A stretch of 31,369 nt of DNA, from IMG/VR virus record IMGVR_UViG_3300027740_000011, positions 1-31,369 of that record; one strand, 5' to 3'. The stretch's first letter is position 1; every line of letters starts with the position of its first letter. Under the pieces are notes generated by a model. It saw nothing but the letters and a program-made list of their open reading frames with translations, had not been told where the DNA came from and did no database searches. Of this stretch, positions 16,415-24,825 are shown piece by piece. This DNA is from a virus. Lineage: Duplodnaviria; Caudoviricetes. The position numbers were made by a program, and so were the translations under genes.

Positions 16415-17410
16415 ATGCACGTGATCAAGAAAAGAGGATTCACAAAGGATAGCCTGATGACTTTCGATGCTCGTACCATCGACAGCACCGGCGCATTCCT
16501 GATCGGAGAACTGGAGCGGTTGGATCAGACCATGCATGCTCCGCTCGTTTCAGTAACATGGAGCAGGGATATTGACCTGCGGGAAGACGTCAGCATTGCT
16601 GATGAGTCTTCGAGCTTCACCAACTCTGCGTTTGCAGCTGCCGGCGGCACCAAGCCTGGTGGCAAGTCGTGGATCGGCAAGGACACCAAGTCCATCACTG
16701 GCATCCAGCTGGACATCGCAAAGACTCCCCAGCCCTTGTTCTTGTGGGGAATGGAAGTATCTTACACCATCCCTGAACTGGAAAGTGCCATGCGTCTGGG
16801 CCGTCCCATCGATGTTCAGAAGCTCACCGGCCTTCAGCTGAAGCATCAGATGGACATTGATGAAATGGTGTACATTGGTGATGATGAACTGGGCCGGTAT
16901 GGTCTTCTCAATCGCACTGATGTCACCACTGGCTCTGTGGCTGCTGGTGCTGCTGGTCCGACATTCTGGGCTGATAAGACGCCTGATGAAATCCTGATTG
17001 ATGTCAATACCCTTCTCAATACGACCTGGGCTGCTGCTGGTTATGCAGTATGTCCTGACCGGCTGCTCTTGCCTCCGACGCAGTTTGCATACATCATCAG
17101 TCAGAAGGTGAGCGGTTTTGCTGACAAGTCCATCCTGTCCTACCTTGAAGACAACAGCTTGTCTCTCAAGATCAATGGCAGGAAGCTGGAAATCCTTCCG
17201 GTGAAGTGGCTTGAATCCCGTGGCGCCGGTTCCACTCAGCGCATGGTTGCTTACACCAAGGACCGTGAGCGTGTCCGTTATCCGATGGTTCCACTTCAGA
17301 GGACTCCGCTCGAATATCGTGGCATCTTCCAGCTGACCACCTACTTTGGACGGCTTGGCTGTCTTGAGCTGGTGTATCCTGAGACCATGCAGTATGCAGA
17401 CGGCATCTAG
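16415..17410 (+). CDS. Major capsid protein (DUF2184 family, HK97 fold)
   Basis: STGAFLIGELERLD, ELESAMRLGRPID, YIGD..GRYGLLN, PDRLLLPP, YPETMQYADGI. AGGAGG RBS before the ATG at 16415. Confidence 0.92.
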   Translation: MHVIKKRGFTKDSLMTFDARTIDSTGAFLIGELERLDQTMHAPLVSVTWSRDIDLREDVSIADESSSFTNSAFAAAGGTKPGGKSWIGKDTKSITGIQLDIAKTPQPLFLWGMEVSYTIPELESAMRLGRPIDVQKLTGLQLKHQMDIDEMVYIGDDELGRYGLLNRTDVTTGSVAAGAAGPTFWADKTPDEILIDVNTLLNTTWAAAGYAVCPDRLLLPPTQFAYIISQKVSGFADKSILSYLEDNSLSLKINGRKLEILPVKWLESRGAGSTQRMVAYTKDRERVRYPMVPLQRTPLEYRGIFQLTTYFGRLGCLELVYPETMQYADGI

Positions 17411-17421
17411 GAGGATGACCC

Positions 17422-17802
17422 ATGGCTAACAAGTATGATGTGAAACAAAAACTCATTGTCAAGATGAAGGGAAAGAAAGGATCATATGATCATGTCATCC
17501 CTTCTGGTCTTGGCATTGCCATCCCTTCTGAGGTGCTTGATGACTGGTTTGTCAAGGCTCACATTGAGAATGGTAACATTACCATATCAGGTGCCAAGAA
17601 GATCGAAGCTGCCAAGAAAGAAGATGGCAAGACTTCCTCAGTAGAGGCCAAGAAGATCATATCAGCTGCCAAGGAAGAGGCCAAGAAGATCGTATCAGCT
17701 GCCAAGGAAGAGGCTGATACGATCATTGCTGAAGCCAAGGAAGAGGCTGAGATGCTTAACAAGGCTGCTGAAGAAGCAGCCTTACAGAAAGTGCAGGAAT
17801 AA
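17422..17802 (+). CDS. Hypothetical head-associated protein with 11-aa helical repeats
   Basis: DWFVKAH motif, then AKKIISAAKEE-type repeats. Confidence 0.7.
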   Translation: MANKYDVKQKLIVKMKGKKGSYDHVIPSGLGIAIPSEVLDDWFVKAHIENGNITISGAKKIEAAKKEDGKTSSVEAKKIISAAKEEAKKIVSAAKEEADTIIAEAKEEAEMLNKAAEEAALQKVQE

Positions 17803-17805
17803 ACC

Positions 17806-18180
17806 ATGGCCATGGACAAAGAGGCATTCCGAAAGAACTTCCCTGAGTTTGCTAGCAAGGTAGACTATCCAGATACTGTAATGACATTCTGGGAGTCTGT
17901 TGCTGGTGCTTATGTCAGTGAGGTAAAGTGGACAACGCTTTATACTCAAGGGATGTCTCTTGTCCTGGCCCATTTTATTACCTTAGCAAAGAACAACCAA
18001 GCAGGTGCTCCAGGACAAGGGTCAGGTCTTATCAGCAACCAGTCTGTGGGTGATGTGAGTGCTGGCTTTGATACCTCTTCTACTATAGAAGACAAGGCTG
18101 GTCAGTGGAACCTTACCACCTATGGTCAGCAGTATATTCGTATGGCCAGAATGATCGGTGGGTGTGCGGTGCAATTATGA
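17806..18180 (+). CDS. Head-tail adaptor (DUF4054 family)
   Basis: FRKNFPEF, LAHF, SVGDVS, WNLTTYGQQY. Confidence 0.85.
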   Translation: MAMDKEAFRKNFPEFASKVDYPDTVMTFWESVAGAYVSEVKWTTLYTQGMSLVLAHFITLAKNNQAGAPGQGSGLISNQSVGDVSAGFDTSSTIEDKAGQWNLTTYGQQYIRMARMIGGCAVQL

Positions 18181-18542
18181 TGCAGATCGGGCGCATGATT
18201 TTGAATCCTCTCTTTGCCTCCAAGTTCACTGTGACTCGAAGCAATGGCAAGTTTGCTCTTGGGGGCTGGCAGGAAGGTGTACCTGAAGTAATTTCTATGG
18301 TGGGTGTTGTTTTTCCTTCTACTGCTAAGGAGCATGAGCTTTTACCTGAGGCTGAACGTGTCAAAGAGGCTTTTACTTTCTACTCAATCAAGCCAATATA
18401 CATGAGCCGCAATGCTGCTGGTGGCTCTGGAACTTCTGATAGCATAGATTATTTTGGAGTGGTTTATAGCATCCATTGGATAAAAGATTATTCAAAGTTT
18501 GGATACTATAAGGCCATTGGAGTGAGGACTGCTGGTGATTAA
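18177..18542 (+). CDS. Head closure/neck protein
   Basis: Start at the ATGA overlap (18177). LLPEAER and DYSKFGY motifs. Gene order. Confidence 0.65.
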   Translation: MMQIGRMILNPLFASKFTVTRSNGKFALGGWQEGVPEVISMVGVVFPSTAKEHELLPEAERVKEAFTFYSIKPIYMSRNAAGGSGTSDSIDYFGVVYSIHWIKDYSKFGYYKAIGVRTAGD

Positions 18543-19092
18543 AACCACTGTCAAGAAGCAAGATAATGGTAAACCTCTTGGAGAACTTCTCAAGAGCATA
18601 GCCAAGATGCAAGTATATGTAGGCATACCAGAGGAGAATACAGGAAGGAAGAAAGGCCCAGTCAATAATGCTCAACTTCTCTATATACATACAAATGGTA
18701 GTCAGCTGAAAGGAATACCTAAGAGGCCAGTCATTGAACCGGCCTTAGAAGCAAAAGAAAACAAGGAAGCAATAACATCAGAGCTAGGAGAGGCTGTAAA
18801 GAGTCTTCTTGATAAAAAGCCAGCACAAGCTAAGATGCACTTAAAGCGTGCTGGGATGATCGGTCAGAATGCAGCAAGGGATTGGTTTGAAGACTCTCGA
18901 AATGGATGGGTGCCTAATTCTCTTGAAACAGCAAGAAGAAAGGCAATGAAGATTAAAGGAAAAGGGAAGAAGCAATTTAATCAGCTAATATCTGAAGGAG
19001 CTTCTGTCCAGCATGTTGAAATATCAAGACCACTCATAGATACAGCCCAGATGCGCAAAGCTATAATATATGTGGTAAAAGACAATGGCTGA
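18535..19092 (+). CDS. Neck/tail-completion protein
   Basis: VYVGIPE, IPKRPVIEP, PNSLET..RK, RPLIDTAQMRKAI. Confidence 0.7.
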   Translation: MIKTTVKKQDNGKPLGELLKSIAKMQVYVGIPEENTGRKKGPVNNAQLLYIHTNGSQLKGIPKRPVIEPALEAKENKEAITSELGEAVKSLLDKKPAQAKMHLKRAGMIGQNAARDWFEDSRNGWVPNSLETARRKAMKIKGKGKKQFNQLISEGASVQHVEISRPLIDTAQMRKAIIYVVKDNG

Positions 19093-19672
19093 TACAATCC
19101 TGACACTTGCTCAGTTGAATATACTCTTCCAAACTCTAACCATGCAGATGCTTGGGCTGAGTTTGGTTCCTGGTCCTGCTCTTGACGCCTCTTCTTATAA
19201 GGTAAGAATAGCATGGCCACAGCAGGGTTCACCAGCATGGAAGATAACTGAAGATGTTATATTCCTTCAATGCTTCGAGATTGATAATCCTTATAACCGT
19301 CAGCGTGAAGATGTTATAACACAGACCGATACTGAAAACAATCTATCAGAGACAGGCTTCACAATTGTAAATTCAATCAACTGGGAAGTATATGGTCCCA
19401 ATTCATATGACAATATTCGTACCATAAAGAATAAAATATTCCTTCAAGAGTATCATGATATCCTTGCAAGAAGTAATGTATATCTTATTCCTGATGTACC
19501 TACACCAAGAAGGATGCCAGAGAAGTTTGAAGAGCAATGGTGGGAGAGGCAAGACCTTACAATGCTCTTCAATGAACTTGTTATAATACAGACAGCAGGG
19601 AAGTCAATTGCTAGTGCTGAAATTAACCTACAAGGTGAGAACGGTTCACCAATTATTACTACAATAGAATAA
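19085..19672 (+). CDS. Tail terminator/neck protein
   Basis: Lies before the sheath gene. YGPNS and QWWERQDL motifs. Confidence 0.65.
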   Translation: MADTILTLAQLNILFQTLTMQMLGLSLVPGPALDASSYKVRIAWPQQGSPAWKITEDVIFLQCFEIDNPYNRQREDVITQTDTENNLSETGFTIVNSINWEVYGPNSYDNIRTIKNKIFLQEYHDILARSNVYLIPDVPTPRRMPEKFEEQWWERQDLTMLFNELVIIQTAGKSIASAEINLQGENGSPIITTIE

Positions 19673-19684
19673 GGAGGACATACC

Positions 19685-20800
19685 ATGGCCGCACCTACCA
19701 CGTTCAGTTTAGACAGTTTGGTTCAAGTAGTTGTATATGTAAGTCCCTTGGCAGCACCAAGAGCAACCTTCAATCAGCTTCTGATTGTTGGCCCCAGTGC
19801 TGTAATCCCTGTGGGAGATCGTTTGAGGAAGTATGCTTCCACTGATGACATGGTGGCTGACGGGTTCCTCATCACTGATCCTGAGTACATAGCAGCAGCA
19901 CTCTACTTTGCTGCTGATCCTGCTCCTATGTATGTTTGGATCGGGATGGTAGATGCTGGAGAGTCTATCCTTGAGGCTATTCAAGCATGTCGCATAGAAA
20001 GTTCTGAGTGGTATGCTGTTATGGCCACTGAGGCTGTTACAGCAGATCATAAAGAAATAGCTCTCTACATTGAGACAGCAGAGCCCACCAGTGTGTATGG
20101 ATACACTACTGCTGATGCTGATGTGCTCAATGGTGTGGCTGGCAATCTCTGTGAGTACCTCAAGGACGCAGGGTTCAGCCGTACCATCGGGCAGTATTCC
20201 ACACAGTCTCTCTATGCCATTGCTGCCATCCTTGGATATGCCATGGGAGCAAACACTGGCCTGGCAAACTCTGCTTATACCTTGAAATTCAAGAATGAGG
20301 TTGGTGTGCTGACAGACGCAATATCAGCATCTGACCTTGCCACCATCGAAGGGAACAATGGCAACCTCTACCTTTCCTATGGCAACTACTATAACATTTT
20401 CGAGCAGGGAAAGATGGCCAACGGGCAGTTCTTCGATGAGATCATCAACCTTGACATGCTGAAGAACAACATTCAGCTTAATATCATGGATCTTCTCTAT
20501 GGCAATCCGAAAGTTCCCCAGACAGAAGCTGGTATCAACCAGATCATCCATGCTTGCAATCAGGCATGTGATATTGCTCAGGTGATCGGGTTCCTTGGTG
20601 CTGGCCAGTGGACTGGCAATGCTATCCTCAACCTGAACAATGGTGACTTCCTTCCCAACGGGTATCTTGTTCAGGCTGCTGCTCTTTCTACCCAGAGTGA
20701 TGCAGATCGGCAGCTGCGCAAGTCTCCTCCCATCTACATAGCAGTGAAGGAAGCTGGCGCAATCCACAGCGTACTCATCGGCGTGTACGTCAATCGCTAA
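19685..20800 (+). CDS. Contractile tail sheath protein (DUF3383 family)
   Basis: DPEYIAAALYF, TLKFKNEVGV, EQGKMANGQFFD, KVPQTEAG, RKSPPI, AGAIHSV. Confidence 0.9.
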   Translation: MAAPTTFSLDSLVQVVVYVSPLAAPRATFNQLLIVGPSAVIPVGDRLRKYASTDDMVADGFLITDPEYIAAALYFAADPAPMYVWIGMVDAGESILEAIQACRIESSEWYAVMATEAVTADHKEIALYIETAEPTSVYGYTTADADVLNGVAGNLCEYLKDAGFSRTIGQYSTQSLYAIAAILGYAMGANTGLANSAYTLKFKNEVGVLTDAISASDLATIEGNNGNLYLSYGNYYNIFEQGKMANGQFFDEIINLDMLKNNIQLNIMDLLYGNPKVPQTEAGINQIIHACNQACDIAQVIGFLGAGQWTGNAILNLNNGDFLPNGYLVQAAALSTQSDADRQLRKSPPIYIAVKEAGAIHSVLIGVYVNR

Positions 20801-20821
20801 ACATAAGAAAAGGAGAAGACA

Positions 20822-21262
20822 ATGGCAAAGCATACTACCTATTCATTTCTTGACCTTTCAGGTGCAGTGGCCCATCCTGAACTGGGTGCCTATTCCTTTG
20901 ATGGGAAAGGTGTTGGGCAGGTGACGGTGGCCATGGCTACTGACAAGACTGCTCATGATGTAGCTGCTGATGGCTCTGTAATGGTGAGTAAGATCGCAGG
21001 TAGCAATGGAAGTATCCAGATCCAATGCCAGCAGACCTCGAATGTCCATCGCTGGCTCCTTGCTGCCTATAATGCCTTGATGGTTGCACCGGCTGACCAG
21101 TGGGCACAGATGGGTGCAACCCTTCGCAATACGGCTGATGGCACAAGCCATTTGCTCCTGGGCATGAGCTTCCAGAAGGTGCCTGACAAGGTCTATCAGT
21201 CACATGGTCAGATGGTGACATGGACGCTTATGGCAGCAGACATTCAGAGCTTGACAGCATAA
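20822..21262 (+). CDS. Tail tube protein (DUF3277-like)
   Basis: TTYSFLD, VAADGSVMVS, QQTS, FQKVPD. Follows the sheath gene. Confidence 0.85.
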   Translation: MAKHTTYSFLDLSGAVAHPELGAYSFDGKGVGQVTVAMATDKTAHDVAADGSVMVSKIAGSNGSIQIQCQQTSNVHRWLLAAYNALMVAPADQWAQMGATLRNTADGTSHLLLGMSFQKVPDKVYQSHGQMVTWTLMAADIQSLTA

Positions 21263-21275
21263 AAGGAGAACTATC

Positions 21276-21491
21276 ATGGGTGTACTTATGCATTTGGAAG
21301 AGGCACATAAGAGGAAGACGAAAGATGCTGATGCAGAATTTGTCATTGAAGTTAAATATGGTAGTGCTGGCTATACTGGTGCCTGGTTTTATTATCAACG
21401 TGTTTTTGGCACAAAGTCAGATGCTGAAAGAATCAAGAAGGAAGCAGAACAAAGCCATCCATTGAGAACATACAGAATTGTTAAAAGGTGA
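21276..21491 (+). CDS. Small protein A: shared 18-aa leader plus unique 53-aa domain
   Basis: AAGGAG RBS. MGVLMHLEEAHKRKTKDA leader. Confidence 0.75.
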   Translation: MGVLMHLEEAHKRKTKDADAEFVIEVKYGSAGYTGAWFYYQRVFGTKSDAERIKKEAEQSHPLRTYRIVKR

Positions 21492-21497
21492 TATAAA

Positions 21498-21596
21498 ATG
21501 ACCACAAAACGTGAACCATTCAAGATTGTAGAACTGGCAGGCAAGAAGTGGCGCATTGGCCGGTTTGATGCTCTGACAGGGAGTTACATAGCTTGA
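21498..21596 (+). pseudogene. Truncated, diverged copy of the tail assembly chaperone 5' end
   Basis: MTTKREPFKIVELAGKKWRIGRFDALTGSYIA-stop. 29 of 32 aa identical to the ORF at 21865. Confidence 0.85.
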
Positions 21597-21617
21597 CAGC
21601 ATAAAAGGAGAACTATC

Positions 21618-21860
21618 ATGGGTGTACTTATGCATTTGGAAGAGGCACATAAGAGGAAGACGAAAGATGCATCAAGAGGACAAGAGACACCAAATGAATT
21701 GTGTGCCAAAATGACACAAGGCATTTGGTGCAGCACTGGTTGCTCTCTTACTCATAAAGGTACTGTTATGAAGGGAGATAGGTGTCCAATTGGCCAAGGT
21801 CTTTCTGATAAGGAAAGAGGTTGGGCACAAGCAGAGCAATGTACTTGCTCAGAGGTATAA
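21618..21860 (+). CDS. Small protein B: shared 18-aa leader plus unique 62-aa domain with six Cys
   Basis: Same RBS and leader as protein A. Confidence 0.75.
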   Translation: MGVLMHLEEAHKRKTKDASRGQETPNELCAKMTQGIWCSTGCSLTHKGTVMKGDRCPIGQGLSDKERGWAQAEQCTCSEV

Positions 21861-21864
21861 CATT

Positions 21865-22341
21865 ATGACCACAAAACGTGAACCATTCAAGATCGTAGAA
21901 ATAGCTGGCAAGAAGTTCCGCATTGGACGCTTCGATGCCTTAATAGGAAGCTACATAGCATTCACCGTTATGACAAAGATGCTGCCGATGATCGCAGAGC
22001 TTATGGGAGGGAAGTCTGAGACTCCTGATGTAAACGCTCTTGCGGCCGGTATGATGTCCAGCCGTGCCTCTATGAGCAAGGCTGACTTCCTTTCTCTACA
22101 GAAGGATTGCCTCAGCGTATGCCATGAGATGCAGATGGCCGGTACAGTGGAGGCTCCTGTGGCTGTCATGATGGAGAGTGGAGCTTGGGGAGTTGCTGAT
22201 CTGGAGTATGATGTTGGCACTGTTCTTGCTCTTACTGTCCATGCCCTATTCTTCAATGTGTCTTCTTTTTTCGAGGAAGCCACGCTGAAGGGGTTTGCGA
22301 ACGTGGCGCAGGGCCTGAACTTCTCCAGTGCAAAAGAGTAG
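21865..22341 (+). CDS. Tail assembly chaperone (gpG-like)
   Basis: Lies between the tube and tape measure genes. GAGGT RBS before the ATG at 21865. Slippery site near the 3' end. Confidence 0.8.
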   Translation: MTTKREPFKIVEIAGKKFRIGRFDALIGSYIAFTVMTKMLPMIAELMGGKSETPDVNALAAGMMSSRASMSKADFLSLQKDCLSVCHEMQMAGTVEAPVAVMMESGAWGVADLEYDVGTVLALTVHALFFNVSSFFEEATLKGFANVAQGLNFSSAKE

Positions 22342-22511
22342 ACATGTTTGCCTATGCTCCTTTTATGGCAGGAGCTTGGCAGCAGCACCAAGTCTTTGAT
22401 GGCACTTATTCCTTTGCAGATCTTCTGGACTGGCATGAAATGCAAACAGTAAAGAATGAAAACCAGAGACGCATTAAGGAATGGGATGAGATGATGAAAG
22501 GACAAGCATGA
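22266..22511 (+). CDS. -1 frameshift extension of the tail assembly chaperone (gpGT-like)
   Basis: T TTT TTC at 22266-22272. The -1 frame is open for 81 codons (..PFMAGAWQQHQVFDGTYSFADLLDWHE..) and ends in an ATGA overlap with the tape measure start. Confidence 0.8.
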   Translation, partial: FFRGSHAEGVCERGAGPELLQCKRVDMFAYAPFMAGAWQQHQVFDGTYSFADLLDWHEMQTVKNENQRRIKEWDEMMKGQA

Positions 22512-23824
22512 ACGGTCTTGATGTCTTGAAAAGCTATCTGGTATCCCTTGGGTTTGAACTGGACATGTCCTCTTATGCCAAGTTCAATAAAGCACTCAAG
22601 GACGTAGATGACAAGGTGGAGAAGCACACCACCGGTATGGCCAAGGAGTATCTCAAGGCCACCACTATTGTGACTTCTGCCCTTGCTTCTATCGGGTTTG
22701 CCACTATCAGCTTGATGAATAAGATAGCTGATGCTGACCTTGAATACCAGAAGTTTGCCATGCACATGTTCATGTCCAAGGATGCAGCAAAGGAGATGAA
22801 GATTGCTGCTGATGCCCTTGGTGAGTCCTTAGAAGACATTGCTTGGATGCCTGAGTTGAGGGAGAAGTTCTTTGCACTCAAGTCTCAGGCCAGAGGCATG
22901 GAGACTCCAAAAGAAGCAGAGGCCCAGCTGAAGTATATACGCTCCATCCAGTTTGAGTTCAAGCGTCTTCAGATTGAAATAACATATGGCATGGAGTGGA
23001 TTGGGCACCAGTTGTTCAAGTATCTAGCCGGTCCTCTCAAGGAGATCAAGGCTGGTCTTTCCGGTATGAATGATTGGATCCAAGCCCACATGCCTGAGTG
23101 GTCTGAGAAGGTAGCAAGGATCATAGCAGTAGTCATCCAGCTTATTGGGTCTGCTCTTCGCTTTGTCAAAAACCTTTTCATGGGCTTCAAAGAGATATGG
23201 GACATGATGCCAGACTGGGGCAAGAAGGTAGCAATAGCATTTGCTGTGGCGTTTGCTCCTATCTCTCCTGCTATAAAGATCGTGTCAGCCTTGCTGCTTC
23301 TCATTGATGACTTCTATGCTTATATAGATGGAAGGAAGAGCAGCAAGACTCTAGCTCCCATCTGGGGCTTGATGACTAAGGCTATTGACTTCATAACTCG
23401 TGGGATTGTATCTGCCATGGTGCTCATAGATAATCTCTATGGCAAGATCGAAGGAACTAACAAGAAGACCATCTCAGAGATTGTGGATGATGTTGCTGGT
23501 GCTTGGTCTGGCATTGAAGGATTCAGTACAAAAGGTTCAAAGACCACTCCTGGCAAGATAGCAGAAGGAATGACAACTATGGCTTCTGGTGCTGTTCGTG
23601 CCACAAGCAATTATCAGACGATGACATCACAAGGACTTCAGCAGTCAGCCGGTATGCCTACCTTGGGAGGAAGCCAGAAGACAGACATCAATGTGGGTGG
23701 GGTTACTGTAAATGTACAAGGCTCAAATGCTACAACCCAGGACATATTCAAGTCTGTGCGTGATGGTGTGATAAGTGCTGGTGAACGTCTTTCTCTTAAT
23801 ACAAGGCAGGTTGCGAGGCCATAA
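22508..23824 (+). CDS. Tape measure protein (short)
   Basis: SYLVSLGFELD N-terminus, helical body with LLLIDDF, gene order. Confidence 0.8.
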   Translation: MNGLDVLKSYLVSLGFELDMSSYAKFNKALKDVDDKVEKHTTGMAKEYLKATTIVTSALASIGFATISLMNKIADADLEYQKFAMHMFMSKDAAKEMKIAADALGESLEDIAWMPELREKFFALKSQARGMETPKEAEAQLKYIRSIQFEFKRLQIEITYGMEWIGHQLFKYLAGPLKEIKAGLSGMNDWIQAHMPEWSEKVARIIAVVIQLIGSALRFVKNLFMGFKEIWDMMPDWGKKVAIAFAVAFAPISPAIKIVSALLLLIDDFYAYIDGRKSSKTLAPIWGLMTKAIDFITRGIVSAMVLIDNLYGKIEGTNKKTISEIVDDVAGAWSGIEGFSTKGSKTTPGKIAEGMTTMASGAVRATSNYQTMTSQGLQQSAGMPTLGGSQKTDINVGGVTVNVQGSNATTQDIFKSVRDGVISAGERLSLNTRQVARP

Positions 23825-24495
23825 TGGGATTTCCAACTGCAGTAACAAGAGCTTCCACCGCATGGGCAGCAATTAATGCGATCTGGAATGTATGGAAGCT
23901 CTTAAAGAAAAGACCGCCAGAGGTGGAGCTTCAAAAGACTCCCTATCGTCCACCTCAGTGGACTCCATCAGCACAGACTTCAATCATTGAAGCAGGTGGA
24001 ACTGTGCATGTCTTCGATGCTATCTTGAAGACTAATCACACAACCTCTTTAAGAATAACAGAGCACCCTGTACAGAATGGTGCCAATATAGCTGACCATT
24101 CCTATGTACTTCCTGAACGTGTTGTACTTGAGATTGGCATGTCTGATGTCATGGACAGTTACCAGCCAGATCGGTGGAAAGAATATAGCACCAAGTCAAT
24201 ATCAGCATTTCAGAAGTTAAAAGAGCTTCAATACAAACGTCAGCCGGTTATTGTTGAGACTCGTTTGAACTTCTATGAGAACATGGTCATTGAGAACATA
24301 CAGACTCCTGATGACTACAAAACTATTGAAGGTCTGCGTTGTTCAGTTACCTTTAAGCAGATCATATCAGCACAGGTAAAGGTAGTAAGGGTAAGCTCAA
24401 GACCGCAGACAAGTGGGCAGTCTAAGAAGGGTGTTAAGCAGCCAAAGCCTATGACTGCTGAGCTTGGCAGTGCCCTGTCTGAGATGGGATTATAA
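23824..24495 (+). CDS. Distal tail/tube-initiator baseplate protein (Dit-like)
   Basis: FDA, ITEHPVQNGANIADH, YENMVI. Confidence 0.75.
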   Translation: MGFPTAVTRASTAWAAINAIWNVWKLLKKRPPEVELQKTPYRPPQWTPSAQTSIIEAGGTVHVFDAILKTNHTTSLRITEHPVQNGANIADHSYVLPERVVLEIGMSDVMDSYQPDRWKEYSTKSISAFQKLKELQYKRQPVIVETRLNFYENMVIENIQTPDDYKTIEGLRCSVTFKQIISAQVKVVRVSSRPQTSGQSKKGVKQPKPMTAELGSALSEMGL

Positions 24496-24825
24496 ATGAG
24501 ACAAATACTTCCCCTGACAAGTGATCCTAACCAGACCTTTCAATCAACCCTTACAGTTGACGGGGAAAACATTACCCTTGGATTCAAGATTATCTTCAAT
24601 GAGGTTGCTGGCTATTGGGTCATGACAATCTTAAATCCAAGCACCAATGTTACCATCCTTGATTCAATTCCTCTCCTCCCTTCTATGAATATCCTTGGGC
24701 AATATTCATACTTGAGGATTGGCAGTGCTTACCTAATAAATGCAAGCCATACTCAAGAAGAGTATCCAACTGACAGCAACCTTGGGACTGACTTTATTCT
24801 TGTGTGGGGAGATACTGTGTTTTAA
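24496..24825 (+). CDS. Baseplate protein
   Basis: PNQTF, IPL..NILGQYSYL.IG, NLG. Gene order. Confidence 0.7.
   Translation: MRQILPLTSDPNQTFQSTLTVDGENITLGFKIIFNEVAGYWVMTILNPSTNVTILDSIPLLPSMNILGQYSYLRIGSAYLINASHTQEEYPTDSNLGTDFILVWGDTVF

Larger units (their letters stand above)
21248..21670 (+). repeat. 81-bp exact direct repeat (21248-21328 and 21590-21670, 342 bp apart)
   Basis: AGCTTGACAGCATAAAAGGAGAACTATCATGGGT...GACGAAAGATGC is identical in both places. Confidence 0.95.

Noticed and set aside
21251-21277. TTGACA inside the duplicated segment as a promoter
   Set aside because: The best -10 candidate (TATCAT) is only 15 bp away and overlaps the start codon. TTGACA is simply the Leu-Thr codons of the tube gene.
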